This document shows positions 26,596 through 34,802 of a stretch of 47,327 nucleotides of DNA, piece after piece. Position numbers and translations under genes: made by a program. The stretch's first letter is position 1. Each line of letters opens with the position of its first letter. The stretch comes from a virus, in IMG/VR virus record IMGVR_UViG_3300043821_000003; one strand, given 5' to 3'. The notes below the pieces were generated by a model. The model was not told the origin of the DNA, searched no databases, and was given only the letters and a program-made list of their open reading frames with translations.

Positions 26596-26912
26596 TACAG
26601 CACCCCCGCTACTGGTGTAATTGCTCTAAGAAGAGAAGGTGGGATATCTCCGTCCTCATAGGTACGGGACACTCCGTTCTCACTGTGGCTTACTTCACCC
26701 TCTGCTCCACGTTTATTTATCATGTACGCTGCAATCTCTACATGGACTGCATCGTATTTTATCGGTACTTCACTGACATTCTCATACGGATATGCTCTTT
26801 GCAGTACCACTTTCTCAGCAAGACTGAGATAAGTGGACAGTACGTCTTTGTCCTCTTCGTCAGTCATACTTTTCAGCATCTTCAACTTCATGTCGGTAGT
26901 CATACCGCCCAC
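26595..26912 (-). CDS. gp6-like head-tail connector (DNA-packaging QLRG-type) protein
   Basis: 105 aa containing ...DEEDKDVLSTYLSLAEKVVLQRAYPY..., located directly after the capsid gene. Confidence 0.55.
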   Translation of the reverse strand: MGGMTTDMKLKMLKSMTDEEDKDVLSTYLSLAEKVVLQRAYPYENVSEVPIKYDAVHVEIAAYMINKRGAEGEVSHSENGVSRTYEDGDIPPSLLRAITPVAGVL

Positions 26913-26931
26913 CTCCTTTACTCTTTACTGA

Positions 26932-27948
26932 TTAAGCAGTTTCCTTTCCGATATCCGCAGCGTTAGCCACATAAACAGAACGGCTGTATGCAGGCTTCTC
27001 AAAGGTAGTAGAGATACCTGTGAACTTACCGTGATACCATTCAGGACCATGATCCAGACCGATCTGACCGAAAAGCTGATACTTCTCACCCGCACCAGTC
27101 TTAGCAAGCGGTTCAAGGAAGAAGTTACCCTTACCCGGAACAGGCTGATATACAGGTGCAAGTACATCAAGGTTCAGAAGCATTGCAGTACCCGCAGTTA
27201 AACACTCACCCAGATAGAGGTAAACCACTCCGATAGGAGTTACCACACTGGAAAGAGAGATACCGTTGATCTCACGGGCAGCAGGTACAACAGTAAGACC
27301 ATTCTGAACGGCATCAGCGTTGATCTGGAACAGAGTCACAGCATCACACCAGAGAACCAGTCCATCAGTCGGAGCGTTTGCTCCGTAAATCTTCTTAACC
27401 ATGTCGGCAATATCCCAGAGTCCCAAAGGTTTCTTACCCATTGCCATAGTGTTAGAAGTGATAGCGGAAACCAGACCACGGGTCTTATTGGCTTCACCAT
27501 CCTGAGTTGCCTTATTATACTGACCGTTGATGAAAGTGTACTCAATGTCACGGTTCACCTTCTGAATTTTAGCTGCAACCTGAAAATCCAGTTCGGAAAG
27601 CGGATTCGCCTGCTGATTCGCAATGTTGACACCGGAAAGAGTACCCATGTTACTCTGTTTTGCATAAGAGATACCAACGGACTCCATGAAAATCTGAGTT
27701 ACGTTAGTTTTCTGCTCACGGGTGATAACAGATGCGTCCGGTGCAGTCAGAGATGCAGTCTCAGAAATCTCAGGCTGAGAACCAGTGCCACCAGAAGTGT
27801 ACTCCTGACCTGTCACGAACTCTACATGATTGGTAGTTTTGGCTTTAGAGCCAATAATAGAACTAAGCGGGGTTCTAGTGTTACCCTTGTTAAAAAGCAT
27901 ACCGGAGTAGTTCAGGACTCCGAAGCTAGTTGCAAATACGTCTGCCAT
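26932..27948 (-). CDS. Major capsid protein (HK97-fold type)
   Basis: 338 aa, preceded by the scaffold gene. Abundant-protein codon and RBS context (AAGGAGTGAATGAACA ATG). Confidence 0.75.
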   Translation of the reverse strand: MADVFATSFGVLNYSGMLFNKGNTRTPLSSIIGSKAKTTNHVEFVTGQEYTSGGTGSQPEISETASLTAPDASVITREQKTNVTQIFMESVGISYAKQSNMGTLSGVNIANQQANPLSELDFQVAAKIQKVNRDIEYTFINGQYNKATQDGEANKTRGLVSAITSNTMAMGKKPLGLWDIADMVKKIYGANAPTDGLVLWCDAVTLFQINADAVQNGLTVVPAAREINGISLSSVVTPIGVVYLYLGECLTAGTAMLLNLDVLAPVYQPVPGKGNFFLEPLAKTGAGEKYQLFGQIGLDHGPEWYHGKFTGISTTFEKPAYSRSVYVANAADIGKETA

Positions 27949-27966
27949 TGTTCATTCACTCCTTTA

Positions 27967-28557
27967 TTATTCTGTCTGATCGGCAGCGTCCTGTGCTGCC
28001 AGACGTGTATAGTAGGCAACTGCGGTCAAATCTCCGCTTGCCTGTGCTTCTTCGATTTTCTTCTGATAGTCCATGCCACCAGTATTCTCAGAACCCGCAG
28101 CAGGTCTGGGAGTACCCTTCATCTTTTTGGCAAGAATATCTTTCTCACGGGCTTCAAGGTATTTAGTCTGATTTGCCATAACTTTATCCATGTCACCGTC
28201 TACCATTGCTGTAGCAGTGTCATCAGCAAGTTTTTCATCATAGCCCATAGCCAAAAGTTTTGCTTTCTTCTCTGACAGTGCCATAGAACGTTTGAGGTCT
28301 GCGTTCTCCTGTGTCAGCTTGTCCATCGTTGCTTTCTGTTCAGCGGCAGCAGCTTCATCCTCACTCTGCTTACCTCTCAACTGTTTCTTGTAGTCAGCAG
28401 CTTCCGAATTGGCTTTAGAAAGCTGTGCTTTCAGGCGGTTCACTTCCGCTTCATTGTCTTTCGCTCCTGCACCCGCACTCTGCAATGCAGTGGAAATCTC
28501 TTCCTCAGTCATACCTTCCTTATAGGCATCCCCAAGCAAATCACTTAAATAACTCAT
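27967..28557 (-). CDS. Scaffolding protein
   Basis: 196 aa with charged coiled-coil composition (DUF4355-like), located upstream of the capsid gene. Confidence 0.7.
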   Translation of the reverse strand: MSYLSDLLGDAYKEGMTEEEISTALQSAGAGAKDNEAEVNRLKAQLSKANSEAADYKKQLRGKQSEDEAAAAEQKATMDKLTQENADLKRSMALSEKKAKLLAMGYDEKLADDTATAMVDGDMDKVMANQTKYLEAREKDILAKKMKGTPRPAAGSENTGGMDYQKKIEEAQASGDLTAVAYYTRLAAQDAADQTE

Positions 28558-28568
28558 AATAGTCCTCC

Positions 28569-28652
28569 TTGCGTTTATAGGTGTTCCCTCACCATGATTT
28601 CCGTTTTATCCTCTTGTCTGAGTTTGCGTTTTGTAGGTGTTCCCTCACCATG
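28569..28652. repeat. Two direct copies of a 28-29-nt element (core taggtgttccctcaccatg, 19/19) spaced 55 bp apart
   Basis: Copies at 28569-28596 and 28624-28652, in the intergenic leader of the scaffold gene. Confidence 0.9.
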
Positions 28653-28669
28653 TATGTAAAGGAAGCAGA

Positions 28670-29275
28670 TCACTCTTCCTCTGCATCAATGTGTAGTTCC
28701 ACGGTGCATCGGCAGTTCACATTGTTCTCAGCTTTTGTAAACCCTCCGGGGTAAGCTGCATGATCTCCGTCAAATGTCCAGAACTCTTCGTCCAGAGACA
28801 CCGAAGCACCTTCCAGATAACGATGCGTTTCCCGCACCTTGTCATCCATAACCGTGTACCAATTCTTTGTCACCCCATATCCAACACTGGATTGGTACTG
28901 GTGTCCTCCATCCAGAACCGCAGCGTTGTATACTCTGTGAAATTCAGATTCAGCAAGAGTCTGTAGCCCCTGTAAATCTCCTGAGAGGACATGATCTGCA
29001 ACCCTGTCCTCAAATGTCTTACCGTCAATCACCAAGTAGATGACTTCATCCATGCTTCTCACATCCACGGTCAGATCATAAGCAAGCATCTCCGAAGCGG
29101 CTTGTACGCCCTTGCGGTAGGCATTTATGAGCAGTGACAAAATGTCATCTGCTATTTGACTGACCTGTACGGTCTGATCCTCTGTAGTTTCGGAAGCGGT
29201 GTTATAACTGACATCGGTAAGGGCATTGATTTCATCAAACGCCAGAATGTAATTTGAAAGTGTCTTTTTATTCAT
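28670..29275 (-). CDS. Head morphogenesis protein (SPP1 gp7 / Mu F-like)
   Basis: The C-terminal signature is KVRETHRYLEG...NCRCTV. No clear RBS precedes the annotated ATG. Confidence 0.7.
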   Translation of the reverse strand: MNKKTLSNYILAFDEINALTDVSYNTASETTEDQTVQVSQIADDILSLLINAYRKGVQAASEMLAYDLTVDVRSMDEVIYLVIDGKTFEDRVADHVLSGDLQGLQTLAESEFHRVYNAAVLDGGHQYQSSVGYGVTKNWYTVMDDKVRETHRYLEGASVSLDEEFWTFDGDHAAYPGGFTKAENNVNCRCTVELHIDAEEE

Positions 29276-29278
29276 GAC

Positions 29279-29318
29279 AAAATAAAAAGGGACTATAAGT
29301 TGTTACACTCACAGTCCC
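29279..29318 (-). terminator. Weak intrinsic-terminator-like hairpin plus T-run between the portal and head-morphogenesis genes
   Basis: Minus strand reads GGGACT-18 nt-AGTCCC followed by TTTTTATTTT. The T-run ends 3 nt before the ATG at 29275. Confidence 0.35.
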
Positions 29319-29403
29319 ATTGAACTCACCAGAACCTTTGTCCCGGCGTTACTCTTTCATCTTCATTTTTCGTTTGATTTCTACAATGGTGATCTTACCC
29401 TGC

Positions 29404-30900
29404 TCAATCAGTATTTCCACTCTGCTCCCGTGTTTCAGCAGACTTTCCATCTGCTCCACCATTTCCTTCGTTATTACCGGAGTCATCGTCATTTCCCTCC
29501 TGTTTCATTCTTTGCTGTTGCTCAAACAACTCTTGTGCCTTTTGCTCCTGTTCCTCTGCATACTCAGCACTTAATGTGTATGCAAGGTCAGAATCTACAA
29601 ACAATCCACAATGCTCAAAAGCAAGACGTGGATGAATTTTGTTATTTTTCAGCATCAGATCAAGCACCTGTGCCTTTTGAAGAATGTTTTCGTAGTTCCT
29701 TCGTGTGAACCGGATTTCTACGTTGCACACCTTCAAGTCCATATCAGCAAGAGTACGGCAGATGTTCAGAACCACCTTCAAGAAAATTCTCTCAGACTTC
29801 TTAAACATCAACTCACTGTCTTTTGCTCTGGCTTCGGCAGCAGACCAACCATCACGCATGATGACGGCAGAACCAGTATCGGATGTAGAAGAACCGCCAT
29901 TACGGTTCGGCATACCACAGATGGTAAGCACTGTCTGATACATATGGTCTACCAAGGTCTGAGTCTCACCCTGATTGAGATTACTTACAAGGTAGTTGAT
30001 CTCTGCTTTCAACTGGGGATCAATGTCTTTGAACTTGATTGCCCCTCTTTCCCGGAGTTCGTCAAAATCTTCGGAACTGATATCTACGTTGTGGAATAAC
30101 ATCAATGCCTGAATGAACTGCTCCACTCCATCCAAACGGTTACTGTCCGTCAAGTTTATTGCATCCAGAAGTGGGATAACCAGTTCAAAAGCACCGATCC
30201 TTGCCATATTCAACGGATATTCGATAATCGGAATCTCACCCAGAATATGTGTGTCGTAGGAAACAACCTTCGACTCCACAATCTCAAAATACTCATGATC
30301 GGAATAGCAACTGTAATGTACCACTCCGTTTTCATCCACCACATACTTAACACCCAGAATTGGCTTGTTGCCTAAACCGTTGTTATAGACCACGAATGTA
30401 TTTCTAGGATCAAGGGTGTAGATTTCAAACGGGGATTCATCGTCCTCTCCTGCCATTTCATCCGGGAGTACCATACGGAAGGAAGTTCCGCAGATATGAA
30501 ACCAGTCGGCAAGTTCTTTGTCCTTCGCAGGCTTTTCCTCTGCAAATACGAACTCATTAAGCTGATTGATTGCATCGGCAATGTTCTCAGCGTTTCCTCT
30601 GGAAACATACTGTAGCGGCTCACCCATGAGGTAGCCAGACTTGAATGAGACAATCTCATTCGCACGATTCTCAACGATCTTGTTTGTGATCTCAGGTCTT
30701 ACTTCCTTCACACGGTTAAGAATCGGCTGTCTGCCCTTGTAGTAAGACCACAGATAACTGATCTCACTTCGGTTCTTCCAGTGGTAAGGTAATGCTTTTC
30801 GCAAAATCTGAACCACGTTACCAATATTCACTTCGGTTTCATCTGTCAAGATCATCCTTCGTCCGTTCAGATGTAAATAGGGTTCTACCACTGGTGACAC
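29404..30900 (-). CDS. Portal protein (SPP1 gp6 family)
   Basis: 498 aa with N-terminal YLWSYYKGRQPILNR and ENRANEIVSFKSGYLMGEP motifs and an acidic tail. Start codon uncertain (GTG at 30900 or 30891). Confidence 0.85.
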   Translation of the reverse strand: MSPVVEPYLHLNGRRMILTDETEVNIGNVVQILRKALPYHWKNRSEISYLWSYYKGRQPILNRVKEVRPEITNKIVENRANEIVSFKSGYLMGEPLQYVSRGNAENIADAINQLNEFVFAEEKPAKDKELADWFHICGTSFRMVLPDEMAGEDDESPFEIYTLDPRNTFVVYNNGLGNKPILGVKYVVDENGVVHYSCYSDHEYFEIVESKVVSYDTHILGEIPIIEYPLNMARIGAFELVIPLLDAINLTDSNRLDGVEQFIQALMLFHNVDISSEDFDELRERGAIKFKDIDPQLKAEINYLVSNLNQGETQTLVDHMYQTVLTICGMPNRNGGSSTSDTGSAVIMRDGWSAAEARAKDSELMFKKSERIFLKVVLNICRTLADMDLKVCNVEIRFTRRNYENILQKAQVLDLMLKNNKIHPRLAFEHCGLFVDSDLAYTLSAEYAEEQEQKAQELFEQQQRMKQEGNDDDSGNNEGNGGADGKSAETREQSGNTD

Positions 30901-30930
30901 CTCCTTCTTAATAATCTTTCTCTATGGTTT

Positions 30931-30959
30931 ATTATAGCACTCTTCAATGGTTATTTCAA
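30931..30959 (-). promoter_or_regulatory. Sigma-A-type promoter TTGAAA-17-TATAAT upstream of the portal gene
   Basis: On the minus strand, TTGAAA is at 30959-30954 and TATAAT at 30936-30931. Confidence 0.45.
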
Positions 30960-30999
30960 GTAATATTTAAGCATAAGCATTGGAAACTTTTTAGGAAAA

Positions 31000-32667
31000 T
31001 TAAATCCTTCTGTCCATAATCTCAACCGTATTTCCGATCAGTCCTCTCAGTTCATTTTCAAGCAATGCAAGGGAGTCTGGTGCGTCATCATGTGGCACTT
31101 TGCCGGATCGGGTATAAGTAGTCACCTGCTTCAAGAAAGCTGCATACTGACTGTTCCTTGCGTACAAGGACGGGTCTTTGAAATAGAACTTCTTCAAGAT
31201 GTTGTCCGATGCAAATTCAATACGGGTCTGCTTGTTACTGATCGTCTGCTTCGTTCGGATATTGCACACATACTTCCTGTCAGTCAAAATCTGCTGCACA
31301 TCACGGGCAAAATACTTACCTGCATTATTCGACTCAAAGGTACTGGCTACCACTTTGTTATCAATGAGTGCTTTCGCACATTCCGGTTTGGTTACTTCCG
31401 GTACAGAGTCATCAAAGACTACATCTACAATATAGACCTCACTTCCATATACCGCAGCAATCGGCATAGCACAGAAGTCATCTCCGGTGTCCGCAGTATC
31501 ACAGACAGCAATGATACTGTCAGGATCACGGTCAATCGGCAGTTCAAAGTATCTGTTAAGACTCTTCTCCGGGAAGAGGATTCCTTTTGCTTCAAATGGC
31601 TGCTGCTGAAACTCAGACTCAAACTGTTCCTCAGAAAGCATCTCACGCTGATCCCTGAAATACTGAGTGGTAAAAACCTTCCTGCCCTCACGCATATACT
31701 CAAAGTTACTTTCATCTGTCACCGGATCAAGAGCAGGTGTCTCAATGATCTTGCATCGTTTTCCCTGCTTCTGCATCTCTTCCTGCAAGTGACCGATAGG
31801 ATCATACAGAGAGTATCGTGTACCGCAGATGACGATAGGCGTACCCTCAATGGCACGTCCGATAATATCACCGGAAATGACCTCCCACTTGTCATCGAGT
31901 CTCTGACGGTTCTTTGCTTCCTCACGTCCTTCCACACAGTCATCAAGGTACAGAAGGTTGGTTGCTTCGGAAAGACCTACCTGACGGGCATCAATGGATC
32001 GACACATGACCGTAGGGAATCGGGATTTATGCAAAAGGTTGATGATCTTCGTATCGGCATTGGTCTGGACAAGTTTGCTCTCCGGGAAGATATCATAAAA
32101 ATGATAGTCACTGGGAAGAGTCAGGTATTCCAGACATCCCAGATAGAACGACTTAACAAGGTCATCACCTGTACCTTCCATAAGAGTTGCTCTGTCCGGG
32201 TGCTTACCGGAAAGCATATTCGTGAAGTTGATACCTAACTGGGACTTCCCGGCTCTCTTCGGCATGGAGATGGATAGGAAGTCCAGTTTCCCGTCAAGAA
32301 TCTCCTGATATGCGTCTACATATCTTCTCAGATAATGACGGCGGGGCTGATAGAACTTCTTGTCAAGTGGCTTGCCGTACTCTACCGCTTGTAAGTAATC
32401 ATCGAAGAAATGCTGTGCCCCGAAAAGAAGTGACCTGAACATCAGATCATCAAACTCTCTGGCTTCATCGAATTTCTGACTACATACCGTCACACGCAGT
32501 CCCCATGAGATACGATTACGCAGTTCATGATTCCATGCGTGTGCTGTCTGGAAGTCAATCTTCTCATACTCCCGGCAGACAGCAAACATTTCTTCGTAAG
32601 CCGACCTGTCAAGCGGATTCCTTTCTATAGCTTCATAAATCTTCTGTTTTAATTTCAAATAATTCAT
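31000..32667 (-). CDS. terL: Terminase large subunit
   Basis: ATPase motifs MPKRAGKS and LLYLDDCVEG, and nuclease-domain motif VPHDDAPDS. AGGAGG precedes the ATG at 32667 (ORF track start is 32733). Confidence 0.85.
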   Translation of the reverse strand: MNYLKLKQKIYEAIERNPLDRSAYEEMFAVCREYEKIDFQTAHAWNHELRNRISWGLRVTVCSQKFDEAREFDDLMFRSLLFGAQHFFDDYLQAVEYGKPLDKKFYQPRRHYLRRYVDAYQEILDGKLDFLSISMPKRAGKSQLGINFTNMLSGKHPDRATLMEGTGDDLVKSFYLGCLEYLTLPSDYHFYDIFPESKLVQTNADTKIINLLHKSRFPTVMCRSIDARQVGLSEATNLLYLDDCVEGREEAKNRQRLDDKWEVISGDIIGRAIEGTPIVICGTRYSLYDPIGHLQEEMQKQGKRCKIIETPALDPVTDESNFEYMREGRKVFTTQYFRDQREMLSEEQFESEFQQQPFEAKGILFPEKSLNRYFELPIDRDPDSIIAVCDTADTGDDFCAMPIAAVYGSEVYIVDVVFDDSVPEVTKPECAKALIDNKVVASTFESNNAGKYFARDVQQILTDRKYVCNIRTKQTISNKQTRIEFASDNILKKFYFKDPSLYARNSQYAAFLKQVTTYTRSGKVPHDDAPDSLALLENELRGLIGNTVEIMDRRI

Positions 32668-32684
32668 AATAACCTCCTGAGAAT

Positions 32685-32713
32685 AAAAAAAAGGACTGTC
32701 AAAACGACAGTCC
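32685..32713 (-). terminator. Strong intrinsic terminator (GGACTGTC-GTTTT-GACAGTCC + T8)
   Basis: Perfect 8-bp stem followed by eight T on the minus strand. It ends 18 nt before the terL start. Confidence 0.75.
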
Positions 32714-32741
32714 CATTGGACAAACTGTAGCACCTCTACAG

Positions 32742-32888
32742 CTATTTACATATTAACTTGAATGGCAGTGTAATCACCCAGACCATAGGGCGTACTACCA
32801 GATTTATTGTTACCCACCAACATAGTGAGAAGAACAGCTTAATACACCACCATGTAAACCACAGTAGTCCGATCACTAGATATCCCAT
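32742..32888 (-). CDS. 48-aa Trp-rich hydrophobic peptide
   Basis: MGYLVIGLLWFTWWCIKLFFSLCWWVTINLVVRPMVWVITLPFKLICK. AGGAGGG lies 7 nt upstream. Below the ORF-track cutoff. Confidence 0.5.
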   Translation of the reverse strand: MGYLVIGLLWFTWWCIKLFFSLCWWVTINLVVRPMVWVITLPFKLICK

Positions 32889-32944
32889 CTTACGCCCTCC
32901 TTTCGTCCGGGGTAGAGAAGGTAGAGTATTTTCTAATTTTGTTC

Positions 32945-32984
32945 ATACTTTTTATAATATAGTCCCTACTAGAAGAAGTTATAG
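32945..32984 (-). promoter_or_regulatory. Copy A of a repeated ~40-48-nt element (CTATAACTTCT...CTAGTAGGGA...ATTATA.AAGTAT)
   Basis: It shares four ordered blocks with copy B at 36427-36474 and lies about 60 nt upstream of the 48-aa peptide ORF. Confidence 0.5.
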
Positions 32985-33010
32985 CAAAATCGTGTTTTGC
33001 TCTACTTACT

Positions 33011-33385
33011 CTACCTCATTTCACGGTTTACACCATCCACAAATGCTGACGCATTTCTCATATTCTTGAAAGTGTACTGACCTGTGATTGCATTTATGCG
33101 AATTGTGTTGAAGCACAAGAAGTGCTTGTACTCACAATACTGAATCTTCGATACCGGGGAGGACAACCGCTGCTTCTTAATCAGTCCGGTGCGTCCCGTG
33201 ATTAAACCATCCTTCACTTCAAGCGAAGTGGTAAGCCAGTTCAGCCCACACCATGCAACGATAACCAATGCCGTAACAACCATTGCTGTACCTGCATCGT
33301 CCTTCTCTCCAATTCCTCCTACGAAGCAAAGCAACGCCAGAAATAAAGGAATGGTGTAACCTATTATGTTCTTTCTAATCTTCAT
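33011..33385 (-). CDS. Membrane protein with a bacterial PH-like (bPH_2/YdbT-type) C-terminal domain
   Basis: Two N-terminal TM helices, then SLEVKDGLITGRTGLIKKQRLSSPVSKI. Translationally coupled to the upstream HTH gene. Confidence 0.5.
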   Translation of the reverse strand: MKIRKNIIGYTIPLFLALLCFVGGIGEKDDAGTAMVVTALVIVAWCGLNWLTTSLEVKDGLITGRTGLIKKQRLSSPVSKIQYCEYKHFLCFNTIRINAITGQYTFKNMRNASAFVDGVNREMR

Positions 33386-33633
33386 GATAAGTCCTCTCTT
33401 TCATTTTCGACTTTGTACCCATCTTCCGGTACAGGCGTGTCTTTAGGGACAACCATGATCTTGTACCCCATTGCTGAAAGCATTTGCTCCAAGTTATCTA
33501 CTCTCATGCTGCTTCCACGATTCAGAATACCTGTTACATTGGATTGACTTTTGAATCCTGCCAGTTCAGCCAGTTTGGATTGACTCAGCTTTTTTAGAGT
33601 CATGATTTCTTTTACAACATCTTTTGCTGTCAT
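33382..33633 (-). CDS. XRE-family HTH regulator (83 aa from MTAKDV)
   Basis: LSQSKLAELAGFKSQSNVTGILN is an HTH. AAGGAGG precedes the ATG at 33633. Confidence 0.75.
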   Translation of the reverse strand: MTAKDVVKEIMTLKKLSQSKLAELAGFKSQSNVTGILNRGSSMRVDNLEQMLSAMGYKIMVVPKDTPVPEDGYKVENEREDLS

Positions 33634-33655
33634 ATCGCACCTCCTTGTTGACTGT

Positions 33656-33684
33656 ATTGTAGCAAATACATTTTTGTATGTCAA
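33656..33684 (-). promoter_or_regulatory. Consensus promoter TTGACA-17-TACAAT for the HTH gene, with an operator palindrome in the spacer
   Basis: -35 at 33684-33679 and -10 at 33661-33656. The operator ATACAAAAATGTAT (read on the minus strand) is at 33666-33679. Confidence 0.65.
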
Positions 33685-33738
33685 TACCTTTATGTATTAA
33701 AAGTGACTTTTTAATTTTTGCGGAACTTTCGCACCTCA

Positions 33739-33779
33739 CCCGCCCCGGCGGGCGGGGGTCTGTTTCCCCCCTCCGGGGG
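33739..33779. other. Two adjacent GC-rich hairpins (CCCGCCC-CGGC-GGGCGGG; CCCCC-CTCC-GGGGG)
   Basis: Read directly at 33739-33756 and 33766-33779. They lie in the divergent intergenic region of the island. Confidence 0.6.
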
Positions 33780-33851
33780 TATGCTGTCCCGGTGCTGTCA
33801 TCCTGTCACCAGATCACCAGAAAATAATTTTAAAATAAATACAAAAATGTA

Positions 33852-33880
33852 TTGACAAATACAAAAATGTATTATATACT
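33852..33880 (+). promoter_or_regulatory. Promoter TTGACA-17-TATACT for the plus-strand cassette, flanked by and overlapping operator palindromes
   Basis: -35 at 33852-33857 and -10 at 33875-33880. ATACAAAAATGTAT occurs at 33839-33852 and 33859-33872, and the variant ATACAAAAAGGTAT at 33892-33905. Confidence 0.65.
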
Positions 33881-34013
33881 ATACTCAACAAATACAAAAA
33901 GGTATTTGATAGCCAACAAATAATTATAGGCTGTCAATGCTGCTGTACAGCAGGCAAGCCGCCCGGTGTACAGATTGCACAAATTGATAATTGAATATAG
34001 GAGGTCAAGTATT

Positions 34014-34391
34014 ATGAGAGAATACGCAGAGATCAAGGAAACATTAGAAACTAGAAAAGACCGCAGTGCATGGGATAAAGGCGTTACAATATACTCCCTT
34101 GAATTATTAGAAGAATATGCAGAGCGGGCAGCGTATGAGGGCAGACAGGCAGCCAACACCGCAGAGTTTAAAGAGTGGCTAAAGAATGGGGCTTCTGACT
34201 GGGATCAATACAGTTGGGGCGGTTCATCCCTTATTTATAACTCAGACATTGCAGAGCGGCTCTGCTGCCCGTCAGAACTCAAAAAGACCCGCAACGGTGA
34301 ACGCAGACCTAACAGCCGTGAGGAATGGTTAGACACTCAGGCAAGAGCATTGCGTCAGGCTGCGGGCAGGCTCACAAGAGCCGCTTTCTAA
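34014..34391 (+). CDS. Hypothetical protein (125 aa), a family seen by me on Firmicutes mobile elements
   Basis: RBS is AGGAGG. Motifs SAWDKGV...YSWGGSSLIYNSDIAERLC.PSELKKTRNGERRPN..EEWLDTQARAL. Function unknown. Confidence 0.6.
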   Translation: MREYAEIKETLETRKDRSAWDKGVTIYSLELLEEYAERAAYEGRQAANTAEFKEWLKNGASDWDQYSWGGSSLIYNSDIAERLCCPSELKKTRNGERRPNSREEWLDTQARALRQAAGRLTRAAF

Positions 34392-34492
34392 CCCGTGTGG
34401 GCGGGTATAAATAGCCAGTTAAGCCCACAGCGTCCCGGCTCTGCCGGGGGTCTGGAAACAGTACATAATTGAATAATTGGAGGTATAGAACA

Positions 34493-34729
34493 ATGACAGC
34501 TAAAGAATATTGTTTAACACATGATAGTGTAGCCTATGCAAGTATGTTGGGCGGTGTAGAGATCAAGGGTATTGAATACGGCATAACAGACAGCATTTAT
34601 TGTGTATGTGGTGCGTGGTGTAGTGAAAAGAGTTATCATCATGTAAAAATACACTACACAGCCCACGGCATCCCGTTCTTTATTGTACACGGTCAACGGG
34701 TTTACATGGGTGAATGTATCAGGATGTAA
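34493..34729 (+). CDS. Hypothetical protein (78 aa)
   Basis: RBS is GGAGG. Its leader ATAATTGAATA resembles the leader of the preceding gene. Confidence 0.5.
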   Translation: MTAKEYCLTHDSVAYASMLGGVEIKGIEYGITDSIYCVCGAWCSEKSYHHVKIHYTAHGIPFFIVHGQRVYMGECIRM

Positions 34730-34802
34730 CCAACAACAGCCCCGGCAGCAGTCCGGGGCATTGGTTTATAATGCAGCCATAGGCGGTCACAAGCCCGCAT
34801 AA

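Noticed and set aside
29308-29321. Shared 12-mer CAATGGGACTGT (minus strand) at the 5' side of both the 29279-29318 and 32685-32713 terminator hairpins
   Set aside because: An exact 12-mer repeat is expected dozens of times by chance among all position pairs in a 46-kb genome. The shared position next to hairpins is suggestive, but that is not enough to call it a motif without statistics or conservation.
31090-32238. Long plus-strand ORFs opposite major genes (also 17848-18633, 40741-41508, 10852-11565, 3256-3753, 108-605)
   Set aside because: These are shadow ORFs antisense to well-supported minus-strand genes. They have no RBS, odd composition and no recognisable motifs.
33721-33830. GC-rich structured stretch considered as a tRNA, small RNA gene or attP core
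   Set aside because: I could not draw a cloverleaf or anticodon arm, and the hairpins resemble the other island hairpins. It is kept only as an unexplained structured intergenic DNA feature.
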